Assembly: GCA_036785375.1 (NCBI GenBank)
Contig: JAWMAR010000013.1
Location: forward strand, 9,052,001-9,116,000
Source of the DNA: Leucoraja ocellata
Taxonomy: Eukaryota
Length of the DNA stretch: 64,000 nt
Direction of reading: 5' to 3'
A program made the position numbers and the translations under genes. The notes beneath the pieces were generated by a model. That model worked only from the letters and a program-made list of their open reading frames with translations. It made no database searches and was not told the DNA's origin. This document shows positions 1 to 12,699 of this stretch, piece by piece (the stretch's first letter is position 1; every line of letters starts with the position of its first letter).

Positions 1-1532
1 CAGGAGGCACATTATTGCAATTGTAGAAAAACCTGTGTATGCATAACCATGCTGTATCACAGAGCCAGCAGTGCTAGTGTTTGCAGACAAACAAAATCTC
101 TCAGGCTGAAGCTATGACTGCCCTTTAGAAAATGCTCATCTCCAAACTAACTCAAAAGACCAGTGTTACACAAAACATAGGGCTGTTATGATTATACATT
201 ACAACATAAGATATTTAGACCTTGTGTTAAGTACACATATGCAGAATTTTATAAAGTAACGTCTTTGTCGTCAATGTGTGCAATATATTCAGCATTTCTG
301 TTATTTTACTGCGGGATAAGATCTTGTGCAAGCGCTGGTTTTTGAAACAAAGGAGCCTTGCCTTTTGTTTGAATGCACAGTTCAGACAAGTCCAGTGCAG
401 TGAAAAGACAGAGGTTACAATCCTAACAAACCTGACTAAATTGGAAAAAAATACTGAAAAAGTTTTGGAAACACAATCCATCAATTCTAATTTTTAAACT
501 TTCACTTTCAGTCAACAGAAAAAGGTCCCTTGGAACTTTTATCTTCACTACAAAGTGTTCTTATCTCATGGTGGTGTCAGGAGCTTTATCTCTCTTTCAA
601 CTGACACCACAGACAATTCAGTTAAAATTGGAAAAGAATCCCACTCCAGTTGAGTAAATAAATAATCAATACTCATCTAAATGCAAATGTGAAACTAGCC
701 CCCTCTGATAACAGGGTGCTTATCAAAGATCCAATTTTCTCCAGACAGTTGGATGCAACCAAATCACCATCATCCAGTCACAAACTAATGGATAAAAATC
801 GTAACTAAACTGAGCAGATCACTAGAGATCAACTTAGTTGCAGGCTTTGGCCACTTCACATTTAACTAGGTTCGCTATCACTCACTTCTGGTCAGCTTTT
901 CCTTGTTTGGATCATTCCAATCAACCGTGGCCTCCTTTTGTGGTTAATAATTATTACTTTAGGTCATTAAATCCACAGCAGCAAATGATTTAGAAGGCTG
1001 CTTGCTGAAATGAGGCAAATAAAATCTACAAACAACAATCTTCAAGGGAGAAAGCAAAGCAACACCATTTAGTTCAATTTCCATAAGCCGGGAATCTAAT
1101 ATTAAGAAAATAACCAAAATACATTTCTGTCACTGTGATTAAAATAACCACATGTGACATTAGTATGGCTGATGAATGTTATGGAAGGCAGCATGGATCA
1201 CAAAAATATGTACTGAGGTTTGCTGTTCAGTTGGTTGAGAACACATCTTAAACCATTCAATGGCAATGGTGGGACAGCAGAGATAAGGCCCCAATATGCT
1301 TGCGTGTGTCACTGCAGCTATACAAAAATCAGCCTGTGTAACATCTTGTGCTGAACCCAGAAGCAGCCCAGGTCCGGAAGATGGGGCCAGGAAATCTGAA
1401 GAAACAATTAAAGTGCCCTGTAATTTAAGTCCTAATCAAATACTTGCCACAAGGTGCATGCAAGTGGAGAAGTATGTTTGCAAGGTGAGGACACCTTAAT
1501 GATTTAAATTAATGATTAATGAATTAATGATT

Positions 1533-2467
1533 GAGAGGGATTTAAAAGTAACATTAGCAAATTTGCAGATGACAAAGTTGGGTGGCAGTGTGAACTGTGA
1601 GGAGGATGCTATGGGGATGCAGGGTGACTTGGACAGGTAAGGTGAGTGGGCAGATGCATGTCAGATGCAGTTTAATGTGGATAAATGTGAGGTTATCCAC
1701 TTAGGTGGCAAGAACAGGAAGGCAAATTGTTATCTGAATGGTGTCAAGATAGGAAAAGGGGAAGTACACCGCGATCAGTCACTGAAAGTAAGCATGCAGG
1801 TACAGCAGGCAGTGAAGAAAGCTAATGGCATGTTGGCCTTCTAATAAGAGGAGTTGTGTATAGGAGCAAAGAGGTCCTTCTGCAGTTGTACAAAGCCCTG
1901 GTGAGACCACACCTGGAGTATTGTGTGCAGTTTTGGTCTCCAAATTTGAGGAAGGACATTCTTGCTATTGAGGGAGTGCAGCGTAGGTTCACAAGGTTAA
2001 TTTCCAGGATGGCTGGACTGTCATATGTTGAAAGGATGGAGCGACTGGGCTTGTATACACTGAAATTTAGAAGGATGAGAGGCTATCTTATTGAAACATA
2101 TAAGATTATTAAGGGATTGGACACGCTAGGGGCAGGAAACATGTTCCAGATGTTGGGGGAGTCCAGAACCAGGGTCCCCAGTTTATGAATAAGGGGTAGG
2201 CCATTTAGAATGGAGATGAGGAAAAACGTTTTCACCCAGAGAGCTGTGAATCTGTAGAATTCACTGCCTCAGAAGGCAGTGGATGCCAATTCTCTGGATG
2301 CTTTCAAGAGAGAGTTAGACAGAGCTCTTAAAGATAGCGGAGTCAAGGGATATGGGGAGAAGGCAGGAACGGGGTACTGATTGTGGATGATAAGCCATGA
2401 CACAACTGGAAATGTCGGTGCTAGCTCAAAGGGCTGAATGGCCTACTCCTGCACCTATTGTCTATTG
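1533..2467 (+). mobile_element. CR1-clade LINE (HER1-like), 5'-truncated 3' end
   Basis: Encodes SKFADD(T)K, then YKALVRPHLEYCVQFWSP..IEGVQRRFTRLI..LGLYTL..RRMRG.LIETYKI. Has stops and frameshifts; ends in gaatggcctactcctgcacctattgtctattg. Confidence 0.93.
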
Positions 2468-4331
2468 ACACAGGAAAAGAACAATAAACTGTTTAATCTG
2501 ACTCCAAGAAACGCATTATATTTGAGTTTAGCAAGCTGTGATCAAAGCTAAATGTATGGCCAGTTTAGATACCTTTTGTTCTAAAGAACCTGAACTTGCT
2601 TTTCAAGCTTTCAGCACCCCACTTTTTTTCCCGCTGCTCTTTCTGAAATCAGTTCAATGTGATGGAAACAAAATGCAGAGTGACAGGATTTCCAGTTGTG
2701 TCAGGGGTTTCTGACACCTGCTCCAGTGCCGTAAAACAACTCCACTTTAAACCAATTCCAGCTAACAGTCTACTGACAGCTGAAGTGATCTAGGCTGAAA
2801 ACCTAACTCTCAGTAAATCTAATATAATGAATATTTTTAACATACATTATATTGCCTTGGGAAAGATACATTTCACGGTGTAAATGCTTCAACTTGCCGT
2901 GTTAATATCCAAGGAAAAAGAATTGGTTTTCACTGCCAAATCAAATACACTCATGATAGTCTGCTGCTGCCTTCCAATCTATTTCAGGTACGTGCCATAT
3001 ATCACTGTTCAAACAATAAGCCAAGTTTGAGACCATCTTGTGCATATAAAAACAAAGAGCTTCTCGTAATGATTTGTTTAAAATAAAATAAGCAGCAAAG
3101 TTATTTGTAACCAAGGGATTTTTTAAGAGAATGATAGGTAGATTACTAAACAGTATTGATGGTTCTGTATAATGCACAGGAGTGTTTTTATTTAAGGAAC
3201 ATCCATCTGGACTCTTGCGCACAGTGGGGAAAGAATCCCAACCTTCAGAAACCTCAGCACCTCAACTTTGTGCCGTTTATATCTGTTGGCAACAGCGAGC
3301 AAGACTAGAATAAAAATCTGACAGCAAAGTACAACAGTTGAGGTTAAAATATTAGATTTCATTTGCACAGTTGTGGAGAAAGGCATCACTCCAACACTTG
3401 GCAAAAGCTGGACAGAGCTGCAGAGTAAAGAGGTTAAAATGCCCTTTGCTGTAATCCCCCAACAAATCAGAAAAAGCAGTTGCTAACAATTTATTTCTCT
3501 AATGAAGTGTGACTTAATAAGGAAAGGAAAAGCCTCCCAACACAGGGCATATTATGTTCATATTTAACCAGCCCTCAAGCCAATTTTTGCTCCATATGTA
3601 GCTGCACATCAGCCTTTCTGGCAAACACACTTGGATCCAAGTCAACTCAGTAACTTAAATGTACGGAAGAGTCTTCAGCTTAACCTGCGCGCGAGAGCAA
3701 AAAGGAGAGGGTCGGAAAAGAGGAAGAAATTGGCCAAGATTAAAATTTACTCAAGAAAAGCCACAACTAGTTTTTGGAACTCATCTTTTGTTGCAAAAAT
3801 CTTAGGGGACAACAAGTCGGCCTGTGGCAAAAGGTTCAGTGGACAAATGTCAATCAATTCAAGCTGGGGTGGGAGGAGAAGACAAACAACAGCTGGTGCA
3901 ACAATCTATTGGTTCTGGAAGGATTTATTGTTTGTTTTAACTCATTAAATACCACCCATACTCAGGAAGGTGGTAACCCTTACACAAACCCTTTCTGCTA
4001 AGAGCTCCATTGTGTCCAATACTGTTGATGAAGCCTCCTTCCCCAAGTGCTTGACATGCAACAATATTATTATTTGAAGCACAAATTAGGAAATCACTAC
4101 ACTCAACAATCAGCTGTCAAAAAATTCTGATAATTGGTACTCACTGCCAGCGTCAGGTATGATGGTGCTGAGCGCCACATTCACAATGAATGGCGAGCAC
4201 AGAACGACCAAGGCACATGGGAATACAGAGCACAATGTAGGTCAAACAAGACCAAAGCTAATTTTACACATACAACAAGAATGCTAACTCTTACATCCTT
4301 TACACTGACTGCAAAGGAGAAGTCAAAGCAG

Positions 4332-4560
4332 GAAACAGGAAACTGCAGATGCTGGTTAATACCAAAGATAGTGCTGCATTAACTCAGTGGGTCTGGCAGC
4401 ATCTCTGGAGAATAAGGATGGATGACGTTTCGGGCAGAGTATGAAGAAGAATCCTGACCCAAAACGTCACACATCCTTTTACTCCAGAGATGCTGCCTGA
4501 CCTGCTGAGTTACTCCAGCACTATCTTTGGTATTAACCAGCATCTGCAGTTTCCTGTTTC
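4332..4560. mobile_element. Penelope-derived inverted-repeat (hairpin) short element
   Basis: Arms gaaacaggaaactgcagatgctggttaataccaaagatagtgctg... and ...cagcactatctttggtattaaccagcatctgcagtttcctgtttc are reverse complements. The arm sequence is the terminal repeat seen after GIY-YIG remnants elsewhere in the window. Confidence 0.8.
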
Positions 4561-4721
4561 TACGAAAAGGCAAAGCAACTGGTGCAAAAGATCAATGATT
4601 AAGAGTAAGAAAACAAAATACGAAACAATAGAGGAGAAAATTAAGTGCAAAGGCTGAAATGAGACAGTGCAGCATTTCGGAAGAGAAACAAGACCTCACG
4701 AATTAACAGACAATTGAGGTA

Positions 4722-6360
4722 CAGTGCCCTCCATAATGTTTGGAACAAAGACTCATCATTTATTTATATTTATTGCACAATTTGAGATTTGTAATAGAAA
4801 AAAATAAAAATTGGTTAAAGTGCACATTGTCAGATTAAAGGTCATTTTTATATATTTTGGTTTCACCATGTAGAAATTACAGCAGCGTTTATACATAGTC
4901 CCCCTCATTTCAGGGCACCATAATGTTTGGGACACAGCAATGGCATGTAAACAAAAGTAATCATGTTTAATATTTTGTTGCATATCCTTTGCATGCAGTG
5001 ACTGCTTGAAGTCTACGATTTTTTTCCTTTAATATAGAGAGAATTCTTCTGTCATCAGCTGTGGAGGTCTTCCTTGGCCTGCCAGTCCCTTTGCGATTAG
5101 TAAGCTCACCAGTGCACTCTTTCTTCTTTATCTTATGCTTGTTTTGGTGGTTAGTCCCCTTCAGTTTTCTCTTCAGCATATAAAAGGCATGCTCAATTGG
5201 GTTCAGATCAGGTGATTGACTTGGCCACTCAAGAATTGACCATTTTTTAGCTATGAAAAACTCCTTTGCTGATTTAGCAGTATGTTTGGGATCATTGTCT
5301 TACTGTAGAATTAACCTCCGGCCAATGAGTTTTGAGGCATTTGTTTGAACTTGAGCAATGAGGATGCGCCTATACACTTCACAATTCATTATGCTACTAC
5401 CATCAGCAATTGTATCATCAATGAGGATAAGTGAGCCAGTACTTCAGCAGCCATACATGCCCAGGCCATAACACCCCCACCACCGTGTTTCACAGATGAT
5501 CTTGGGCAGTTGCTTCTCTCCTCCATATTTTGCTCTTGCCATCACTCTGATATGTTAATCTTTGTCTCATCTGTCCACAAGACCTTTCTCGAGAACTGTG
5601 GTTGCTCTTCTAAGTACTTCTTGGCAAACTGTAACCTGGCCATCCTATTTTTGCGGCTAACCAGTGGTTTGCATCTTGCAAGTGTAGCCTCTGTATTTCT
5701 GTTCATGAAGTCTTCTGCGGACAGTGGTCATTGACAAATCCACACCTGACTCCTGAAGAGTGTTTCTGATCTGTCGGGCAGGTGTTTGGTGATTTTTCTT
5801 TATTATAGAGAGAATTCTTCTGTCATCAGCTGTGGAGGTCTTCCTTGGCCTGCCAGTCCCTTTGTGATTAATAAGCTCACCAGTGCTCTCTCTCTTCTTA
5901 ATGATGTTCCAAACAGTTGAATTTGGTAAGCCTAAGGTTTGGCTAATATCTCGAACAGTTTTAATTCTTGTTTCTCAGTCACATAATGGCTTATTTGACT
6001 TTCATTGGCACAACTTTGGTCCTCATGTTGATAAACAGCAATAAAAGTTTCCAAAGGTGATGGAAAGACTAGGTGCTGAGAGCTCTCTTATACCTGCATT
6101 AGGGAGGCATTTAAACACACCTGAACAATTACAAACACCTATGAAGCCATGTGTCCCAAATGTTATGGTGCCCTGAAATGGGGGGACTATGTATAAACAT
6201 AGCTGTAATTTCTACAAGTTATAAAAAAATACCTTAATAAAATCTGACAATGTGCACTTTAACCACATATGATTTTTTCTATTAAAAATCTCAAATTGTG
6301 GAGTACAGAGGCAAATAAATAAATGATGGGTCTTTGTCCCAAACATTATGGGGGGCAGTG
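4722..6360 (-). mobile_element. Tc1-family DNA transposon, near full length, transposase pseudogene
   Basis: TA|cagtgccctccataatgttt...aaacattatggggggcagtg|TA with ~215 bp TIRs containing inner and outer direct repeats (ccataatgtttgg). Minus-strand transposase from ATG near 6026 shows GTGRPRKT, VLWTDETK, DNDPKH and WPSQSPDLNPIEH, with stops and frameshifts. Confidence 0.95.
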
Positions 6361-6384
6361 TAAATCAGATTAAAACAAAAGTCC

Positions 6385-6648
6385 AATATGGGTTAATTGA
6401 TTCTGACCCTGTGCTGTTCGTGCAGAGTTTGCTCGTTTCCTGGGTGGATTTTTGCAGCGTGCTCCGATTTCCTCCCACAACAGGCATGTGTAGCTTAATT
6501 GACTGCTGTAAGTTACCCCTTAGTGCAGTTACGTGGCAATGGATGAGGAGTTGGACACGTGAAGGAGAATACTGGTAGGATTGCTCGGTTGGAAACTGAC
6601 ATTGGCCCAACGGGTCAATTAGTCTCCTCCTGAGATGTCGTAAGTAAT
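6385..6648 (+). mobile_element. Diverged HE1/V-SINE-like SINE
   Basis: V-domain-like gagtttgc...gggtggattt...gtgctccgatttcctcccaca...ttaattg..ctgtaagttacccctta gtg, followed by a CR1-like tail. Confidence 0.65.
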
Positions 6649-6867
6649 AGATGGTCACAGATGGAGGCAGCGTAATATGACAATCAATTCCGCATTTTTA
6701 GATAAAATCCTGTACTATTGAACCACAATTGTAACATTCTCAATTCAAATATCAGTGAGTGTATCTTTGCCATTTAAATATCAGTGAACATATTTGTGTG
6801 TAAAATTATACAAGTCTCACCAAATACATTTCTTGCCCAATTGCCCTATGCAACTACAAAAAATGTT

Positions 6868-7040
6868 GACACAAAATGCTGGAGTAACTCGGCGTGATAG
6901 GCAGTATTTCCAGGGACAGGAGGGTTTCGACCCGAAACATCACCCATTCCTTCTCTCCAGAGATGCTGTCTGTCCCGCTGAGTTACTCCAGCATTTTGTG
7001 TCTATCTTCGGTTTAAACCAGCATCTGCTGTTCCTTCCGA
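6868..7040. mobile_element. Penelope-derived hairpin short element
   Basis: gacacaaaatgctggagtaactc... paired with ...gagttactccagcattttgtgtc; central gggtttcgacccgaaac. Confidence 0.8.
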
Positions 7041-8449
7041 AACAGAAAGTTTTTGCTGTGATGGTTAGTAATTTGATAAATTATTTTTTTGGAAAAAAAT
7101 GATACCATAACCAATGAAACAAGATAATTACTCTGATTCACTTCCACGTCCTTAAAACTCGTCATCTCTTTCAGAATAAATATTTGTGTAAAAAAATAAA
7201 TGAACCTGCACATTCACGACTAATTTGCTTTAAATTTCCTGCAGTTGGCTTGTTTATCTCCAATGTTTAAAGGTCTTTTAGTTCCTTGGTTCTGGTTTAA
7301 GGAATATAAATACAAAGCAAAATATAGAGCAAAACCAATACTAACTCCATTTAGGAATTAATCTAGCTGTATTATTTTTCATTTTGCGAAAAGAACTTGC
7401 CCTTCCAGCTACAAATATTGGTGGCGTGTATTCATGGATGTAATTTAACAGCACAAATAAGGCCTGTTTATTCACTGTATCTCCAGGCACAAAGAATGGA
7501 GGATCATCTAACGTTCATGAACCAGCACATCTACACTATTGAATTTCAATGAATCCACTTTAGGCACTGACTGATATAACTATGGCTCTATCACATCAGG
7601 AGGGACCTGATGCAAGTTACTTCAGATGTTGCTGAAAATCTAATTTTCATATGCTTTAATTTTAAACTTCTTTACTTTCTCTTTCGGGCATGAGGATAGC
7701 GGTTACTTCCAATGGTAACATTTCATTTTGATTGGGATAATCTGGTGTTCACAAGCGAGATAATGAAGATCTGTTCACTCTGAACTTAGCCTCAAGTAAA
7801 TTCAGCAATTTTTAATTAAAAAGTGTTTTCCAAACTTTTTCTCCAGTTCCAATTAATCACAGAGATCGCATATGCCTCCAATCTGTAACATCAAGTACCA
7901 ACACTGGTAAATATTTCCGATAACAGCGGTAATTTCATAAATCTAGACCAAATTGGAAATGATGTGTTACACAATGGTTTTTAATGTACCATGGAAAGAG
8001 AAGAGGATTAAAGTGAACTCCCTGTAGGTTTACGAATAGTTTCAAAGCAATACTCTTTAAATTGAAGGGTTCTTCTTTTCTACACTTTTCTAAATTAATG
8101 ACATAGAGAAGATAGAATCTGTTGTTTATCAAAAGCAGATGTTTTATGTTACAACTGATGATATAAAAGGATTATTCATGTTGGGAGTGAAGATAGTTGA
8201 TTAGCCAGTTCATAACTATGGAAAATGCAGATCATGTCTCCAAAAAAGCTGGCTTCCAATCAAGACCGTATGTATTCATAATGTAACAATTCCTCATAAA
8301 TCTACGAGCTGCCTGACATTAAAATAAACTCTTAGCGCACTTATTCGAATACAAGATGCCATTAAATCCAGTCATAAAAGCTCAATGCAAATATATCCAA
8401 AGCTGGGCAAGAATCCAATGGAACACTGCACAAACAGGGCAAAACATTC

Positions 8450-8670
8450 AACTCCAGTGCCAAAAGTTTGGATAGAGCCATTAGTAGATCCGTGGAAGCA
8501 GTGTTTATGATTTTTAAAAGCAGAAGTAGATCAATCTGTGATAAAGGGGTTGGCGATTACTGGGGACAGAATAGAATGCAGTGTTGATGTTACGATCAGA
8601 ACAGCCACAATGGTATTAAACGGCAAAGCAGATTCAAGGGAATGAGTGGCTTGCTCCAGTCCGTAATTTG
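8450..8670 (+). mobile_element. Old CR1 LINE 3' fragment
   Basis: Degenerate gtggaagca...tttttaaaagcagaagtagat...gatcagaacagccacaatg..aaacggcaaagcagattcaagggaatgagtggc tail. Confidence 0.55.
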
Positions 8671-8940
8671 AATGTGTCAATGACTGTTCAGACTAGATGA
8701 ATAACTGGAAATCCCATCAACAAGGGTAATTTTATCATCTCTCAAATTTGAAAATGCCACTCAAAGCTTTGGGACAAGTTCCATCTTCGGGCTGGGGAAA
8801 CAGTGGGGCGGAATGGACATTCCTAAATGATTTTCTTTCAAAAAAGATTGGACAGATGAACAGATGTGATTTAAGAAAACTTTGGTCTTGGCCCTCTGCA
8901 CCAAAAACTTAATAATGCAAGGAAAATTTGTATTTTGACC

Positions 8941-8974
8941 TTAATCTAACTATGAACTTAATCTAACTATGAAC
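8941..8974. repeat. Perfect 17-bp tandem duplication
   Basis: ttaatctaactatgaac repeated twice. Confidence 0.9.
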
Positions 8975-9087
8975 ATTTTAACTCCCTTATGCAAGACAGG
9001 TCAGTAATATAACATATTTTTCATAATAATCATTCAAATTCCTCGAGTATTTGAAACACAGTTGAACTGAAGTATCTGATTTTAGAT

Positions 9088-9398
9088 CTGTAGGAAAGAA
9101 ATGCAGATGCTGGTTTAAAACAAAGAGACACAAAAAGCTGGAGTAACTCAGCGGGTCAGGAAGTGATGTTTCGAGTCGTGCCCCTTCTTCAGAATGAGAG
9201 TCAGGGGAAAGGGAAATTAGAGATATAGAACGAATGGAATATATGCAAAAAGTAACGATGATCAATGAAAGGCTATATCTCTCATTTCCCTTTCCCCTGA
9301 CCCTCAGTCTGAATATGGATCTCAATCCGAAACAGCACCTACTCCTTTTCTCCAGAGATGCTGTCTGACCCGCTGAGTTACCCCTGATTTTTGTGTCA
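9088..9398. mobile_element. Penelope-derived hairpin element with longer internal inversion
   Basis: Inverted arms include gagtcaggggaaagggaaa / tttccctttcccctgaccctc. Flanked by atctgattttagat (9074-9087) and atctggtttcagat (9399-9412). Confidence 0.8.
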
Positions 9399-9935
9399 AT
9401 CTGGTTTCAGATGCTCAATAAAGCCAATTCCCACCACTCATCAAAACTGAATACTCGTGCTGCACCACCACCTCCACCCATAGTCATCCCCATCACTACA
9501 CAAACCCTCAGCCATAGTTTTATCGAGAAGCTCACCTTCCACAACACCAGTTTCATCAGCATGCGTAAAGTACAACTTTTCAGTAAACTATTTTCACTTC
9601 GCAATTTAATTCCAAGCATTGTGACAAAGAAACTAAAATAATGTTTCTTCTGCCTAGAATCGATGAATCTTTGCAATTCCCCATTCTGGAGGGCTGTGCA
9701 GGCTGTCATGGAAGACATCAATAGGTTTCTGGACACTGAGGGAATCAAAGGATACGGGGATTGGGTAGGACAACGGATTCCAGTAAGAACTTTACCCATA
9801 ATCTACCCATTACCCACCATCAATTGCTGGCCAGACTCTCAGGTCACAATGGCCTTCTCCTGCTTCTGGTTCTTACACTTGAGAAACCTTCAAATGTCAC
9901 TTCAAAACCATTGTCCACATAAATGTCCTTCCTTA

Positions 9936-10245
9936 AGGGCCTGTCCCACTATATGAGTTTACCCAAGTGCTCCCACAAGTTAAAAAAAAAAAATCAAACT
10001 CGTGGTAAGTACGTAGAATGTACGTAGCTGGTACGTCGGAGCTCAGGACGTCTCTTAGCGGCTCCCAACGCTAACGGCAGGTACTCGGGAAACACGGTAA
10101 GCTCGTGAAGTTTTTTTTAACATGGTGAAAAATGTCCACGAGAGCCCCGAGTACCTACGAGCGGCTATTACCGTAATTCTCCGTGTTCGAATCAGGGGAA
10201 ACTCGGGGGAACTCTTGAATTACCTCGTACAGTGGGACAGGCCCT
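9936..10245. mobile_element. PIF/Harbinger-type MITE
   Basis: TIRs agggcctgtcccact / agtgggacaggccct, TTA duplication on both sides, CpG-rich non-coding interior. Confidence 0.88.
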
Positions 10246-11107
10246 TTACCCTTAATTCCAACCGATGCACTTTTCAGTGCAAAACACCGATATCTTTAAC
10301 TGAATTAAAAAAGTTATGGAAAAGTTGTTTTTCAAATGTTTGAAACTACAGTCACAGATTGGTACAACTTTTAAGATTTAAGAAACTTTTAAGAAAACAA
10401 AGGAACTCAAGTTGTAAATATTTTAATGCAAGCATAAACATTTCACGATACTTGAAGGATTGCTTGGAATAATGCAATTGGAATAAGCATTGCTACTGGG
10501 TACTGGTAAAAGTACAGCAGAGAATTGTAGTCACAGAACGGCACCTCTGCCTTCAGAGATGTTAACCTATAGGGAACCTCACTTTCAAAAGGGAAAAAAA
10601 AAAATCATTGAAACCTGCCAAAAAAAGCTTGAAAACATTCACCCTTGGGTACTGGATCACTTACATGACTGAAGTCACTCTCCCATTTATATTGCAAGAG
10701 GCTGTTGCTAAGCTGGGACAGTGCCAGCTCAAATTCTGCCAGGAATAAATCAGTGTCACCAGCTGAAGCACATAACTTTGTATCAATTTTCATTGCTATT
10801 ATTTGAAGTTATAAGGCTAGTAGAAAATGTCTAACGGGCTGGGATCAGCAGTTGCAGTGATGGTGAAAGCGGCAGAGTTTTCTGTCACCATGCCACGCTG
10901 CCGACTGTAAGCTCAGGATTTCCAAGCGTGCATAGTTTAATGCGGGAATCCCAATATTGCTGTCAGCTATTCAGTCTTCCTCCACGGGGCGCACAGCTTG
11001 CAGCCTTCACTACGTAATCATGGGAATCACCGAGATGACAAAAACAAACTAATCTCATTGTGAATTGCCCTTAAAATGCATTTTGCTTTGTTGTGATATA
11101 TAGAGTG

Positions 11108-11455
11108 GAGAACATAGAAAAGCACGGCGTAGGAACTGGCCCTTCGGCCCATAATGTCTGTGCTGAACACGATGTCAAGATAAACTAATCTCTGCCTACA
11201 CACGATCCCTTCATTCCCTGCGTATCCATGCACCTATCTAAAAGCCTCTTAAACGCCACTATCTTATCAACCTCCACCCACCACCTCGGGCAGTGCATGC
11301 TTGGCACCCTCCACCCTCTGTGTGTAAAAAAACAAAACTTGCCCCGCACTTCTCCTTCAAACTTTACCCCTCTTTTTAAAGCTATGCCCTCTAGTTTTTG
11401 ATATTTAAAGCTATGCCCTCTAGTCTTTGATATTTTCACCTTGGGAAAACGGCTC
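11108..11455 (-). mobile_element. CR1 LINE 3' end with internal ~29-bp tandem duplication
   Basis: Reverse complement of the SKTRGHSFK..G.KF.G.VRGKFF..R region and gggccgaagggcc tail; tttaaagctatgccctctagt(t/c)tttgata occurs twice. Confidence 0.85.
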
Positions 11456-11809
11456 CAACCGTCACATGAATTGAATGTCACATTGTTATTAACCTGCCAG
11501 CACCATGGCCTAAAATACTACATTCGTAAATTCATTTCCCTCGGGTAAAAAAAAATTGCAAAATGTTTTTTTTTTGGTGGAATTTCAGCTTTCAACAAAA
11601 GCTTATGTGCAAACTCTAAAATCAATTGAGATATATGTTGACATTTTTTCTTGATAATTTTCTGACTGATAATTCTTCAATCACAGGTTGTACAGTGACC
11701 TTGTTGAGGCCGATGTTGCTCTGCTGAAGGTTTTACAGCAACTGGTGCTGGACAAATGGAAGTCCGCTCCAGAAATCTAGCCTGTTCCTTACAAGGTGTC
11801 TGTACAGTT

Positions 11810-12187
11810 GAATAGATGGTTCAGCTGTTATCAGGCAACCAAACCATCCTTTCAACAACTAGAGAATGGTACTATGCTGCTATATATCTCACTGGAGACC
11901 CTTGGACTACCTTTAATAGGACTTAGACAAAAGTGCTGGAGAAACTCAGCGGGTGCGGCAGCATCTATGGAGCGAAGGAAATAGGCTACGTTTCGGGCCA
12001 AAACCCTTCTTTAATAGGACTTTACTAGACTTTATCTTGCACAAAATATTATTCCTTTTATTGTGTATCTTTACACAGTGGATGGCTCAATTGTCATGTA
12101 TAGTCTTTCCGCTGACTGGCTAGCATGCAACAAAAGGTTTTCCCAGTACCTCCTTACACAAGTGACAATAAACTAAACTGAACTAAA
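11810..12187 (+). mobile_element. Rex1/Babar-like LINE 3' end, interrupted by a Penelope-derived insert at 11925..12008
   Basis: cagctgttatcaggcaac...gtgacaataaactaaactgaactaaa tail, homologous to 39250-39485. The insert is flanked by ctttaataggactt on both sides. Confidence 0.7.
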
Positions 12188-12422
12188 GCTGCTTTGTCCC
12201 CAATCAGAAACTACAGACCAATCAATAGCACTAGTTGGGTTCTTGTGGTCACTGACTGCTCCTCAGCAAGAAGTTCTCCAATACTCCATGCTGCACAGGA
12301 GCCTCAGTCCCCCTCACTTTCCTTTGCTCTTCCACAATTCAACTGAGTACACATTTCCCCTTTCCCCACCACAGCTCCACTTCGAAATCCTTTATTTTCT
12401 CTCTGACTACTCAGTCCTTCAG

Positions 12423-12640
12423 TAAAACACAAAGTGCTGGAGGAACTCAGCTGGCCAAGCAGCATCTGTGGAGGGAACAGACAGGCAGCATTTCGGGTCA
12501 GGGCCCTTCTTCAGACCCAAGAGGAGTCCCGGCCTGAAACATCGTCAGTTGATTCCCTCCACAGATGCTGCCTGGCACGTTGCGTTCCTCCAGCACTTTA
12601 CATTCTACTCAAAATTCTAGCATCTGCCGTCTCGAGTCTC
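12423..12640. mobile_element. Penelope-derived hairpin element, older subfamily
   Basis: aaagtgctggaggaactcagc...gcagcatctgtggagggaa paired with ttccctccacagatgctgcc...gttcctccagcacttt. Confidence 0.75.
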
Positions 12641-12699
12641 TACTACTTCCTTTGTCACTGCCCAATCCACAATGTTACAAAACCTCACACAGTTGTATT

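Noticed and set aside
1856-2188. 110-aa ORF (also 23301..23621 and 52157..52717) as host genes
   Set aside because: They are CR1 ORF2 C-terminal fragments in truncated, mutated LINE copies.
11677-11700. Possible short terminal exon (G-HCTTCD-stop), reminiscent of the truncated human SIN1 isoform ending
   Set aside because: The acceptor (ggcctcaacaag) lacks a polypyrimidine tract, and the resemblance is only two residues recalled from memory.
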